A DNA stretch of 64,000 bases from Torpedo marmorata (taxonomy: Eukaryota), in the NCBI GenBank assembly GCA_977017645.1, contig OZ360223.1, forward strand, positions 124,434,001-124,498,000, read 5' to 3'. Shown piece after piece: positions 62,721 to 64,000 of this stretch (position 1 is its first letter; each line of letters begins with the position of its first letter). The translations under genes and the position numbers were made by a program. Under the pieces are notes generated by a model. It saw only the letters and a list, made by a program, of their open reading frames with translations, searched no databases and had not been told where the DNA came from.

Positions 62721-64000
62721 CCCCTCCCTCCATCGACCGTCACACACAACCCCCTCCCCTCCATCGACCGTCACACACAACCCCCTCCCCTCCATCGACC
62801 GTCACACACAACCCCCTCCCCTCCATCGACTCCGCCACACACAACCCCCTCCCCTCCATCGACCGTCACACACAACCCCCTCCCCTCCATCGACTCAGTC
62901 ACACACAACCCCCTCCCACCATCGACCGTCACACACAACCCCCTCCCCTCCATCGACCGTCACACACAACCCCCTCCCCTCCATCGACTCAGTCACACAC
63001 AACCCCCTCCCCTCCATCGACTCAGTCACACACAACCCCCTCCCTCCATCGACCGTCACACACAACCCCCTCCCCTCCATCGACCGTCACACACAACCCC
63101 CTCCCTCCATCGACCGTCACACACAACCCCCTCCCCTCCATCGACTCAGTCACACACAACCCCCTCCCTCCATCGACCGTCACACACAACCCCCTCCCCT
63201 CCATCGACTCAGTCACACACATCCCCCTCCCCTCCATCGACCATCACACACAACCCCCTCCCTCCATCGACTCCACCACACACAACCCCCTCCCCTCCAT
63301 CGACCGTCACACACAACCCCCTCCCCTCCATCGACTCAGTCACACACAACCCCCTCCCCTCCATCGACTCAGTCACACACAACCCCCTCCCCTCCATCGA
63401 CCGTCACACACAACCCCCTCCCCTCCATCGACTCAGTCACACACAACCCCCTCCCCTCCATCGACTCAGTCACACACAACCCCCTCCCCTCCATCGATTC
63501 AGTCACACACAACCCCCTCCCCTCCATCGACTCCGTCACACACAACCCCCTCCCTCCATCGACTCCGTCACACACAACCCCCTCCCCTCTATCGACCGTC
63601 ACACACAACCCCCTCCCCTCCATCGACTCCGTCACACACAACCCCCTCCCCTCCATCGACTCCGTCAAACACAACCCCCTCCCCTCCATCGACCGTCAAA
63701 CACAACCCCCTCCCCTCCATCGACTCCGTCATACACAACCCCCTCCCCTCCATCGACTCCGTCATACACAACCCCCCTCCCTCCATCGACTCAGTCACAC
63801 ACAACCCCCTCTCCTCCATCGACTCAGTCACACACAACCCCCTCCCCTCCATCGATTCAGTCACACACAACCCCCTCCCCTCCATCGACTCCGTCACACA
63901 CAACCCCCTCCCTCCATCGACTCCGTCACACACAACCCCCTCCCCTCTATCGACCGTCACACACAACCCCCTCCCCTCCATCGACTCCGTCACACACAAC
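62708..64000. repeat. C-rich about 31-35-bp minisatellite GTCACACACAACCCCCTCCCCTCCATCGAC(C/TCA/TCC)
   Basis: Tandem units running to the window end. Confidence 0.95.

Overview
Vertebrate genomic DNA; the repeat repertoire (CR1/HER1-type LINEs, V-SINEs, DeuSINE-like relics, Penelope, Rex1/Babar, Tx1, L1) points to a cartilaginous fish (shark or ray). The only host gene I can support is a 3-exon, minus-strand chondroitin 4-O-sulfotransferase, most like CHST13 of the CHST11/13 family. Coding exons are 60264-60162, 40059-39977 and 22768-21902 (about 350 aa). The rest is mostly nested retroelements and GC-rich minisatellites, and almost all other ORFs in the track are repeat-derived. I see no prokaryote-type system. 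The most interesting signals are: (i) an internally deleted Tx1 LINE present twice, both times at the same point of a DeuSINE-like host; (ii) two large minisatellites, one strongly G-quadruplex-prone, born inside one Rex1/Babar copy just upstream of exon 1; (iii) other bipartite non-autonomous retroelements; (iv) a Penelope hammerhead-ribozyme variant; (v) a solo LTR with a 5-bp TSD; (vi) a one-base anomaly at the gene's start. All family assignments are by-eye recognition of motifs, not database searches.
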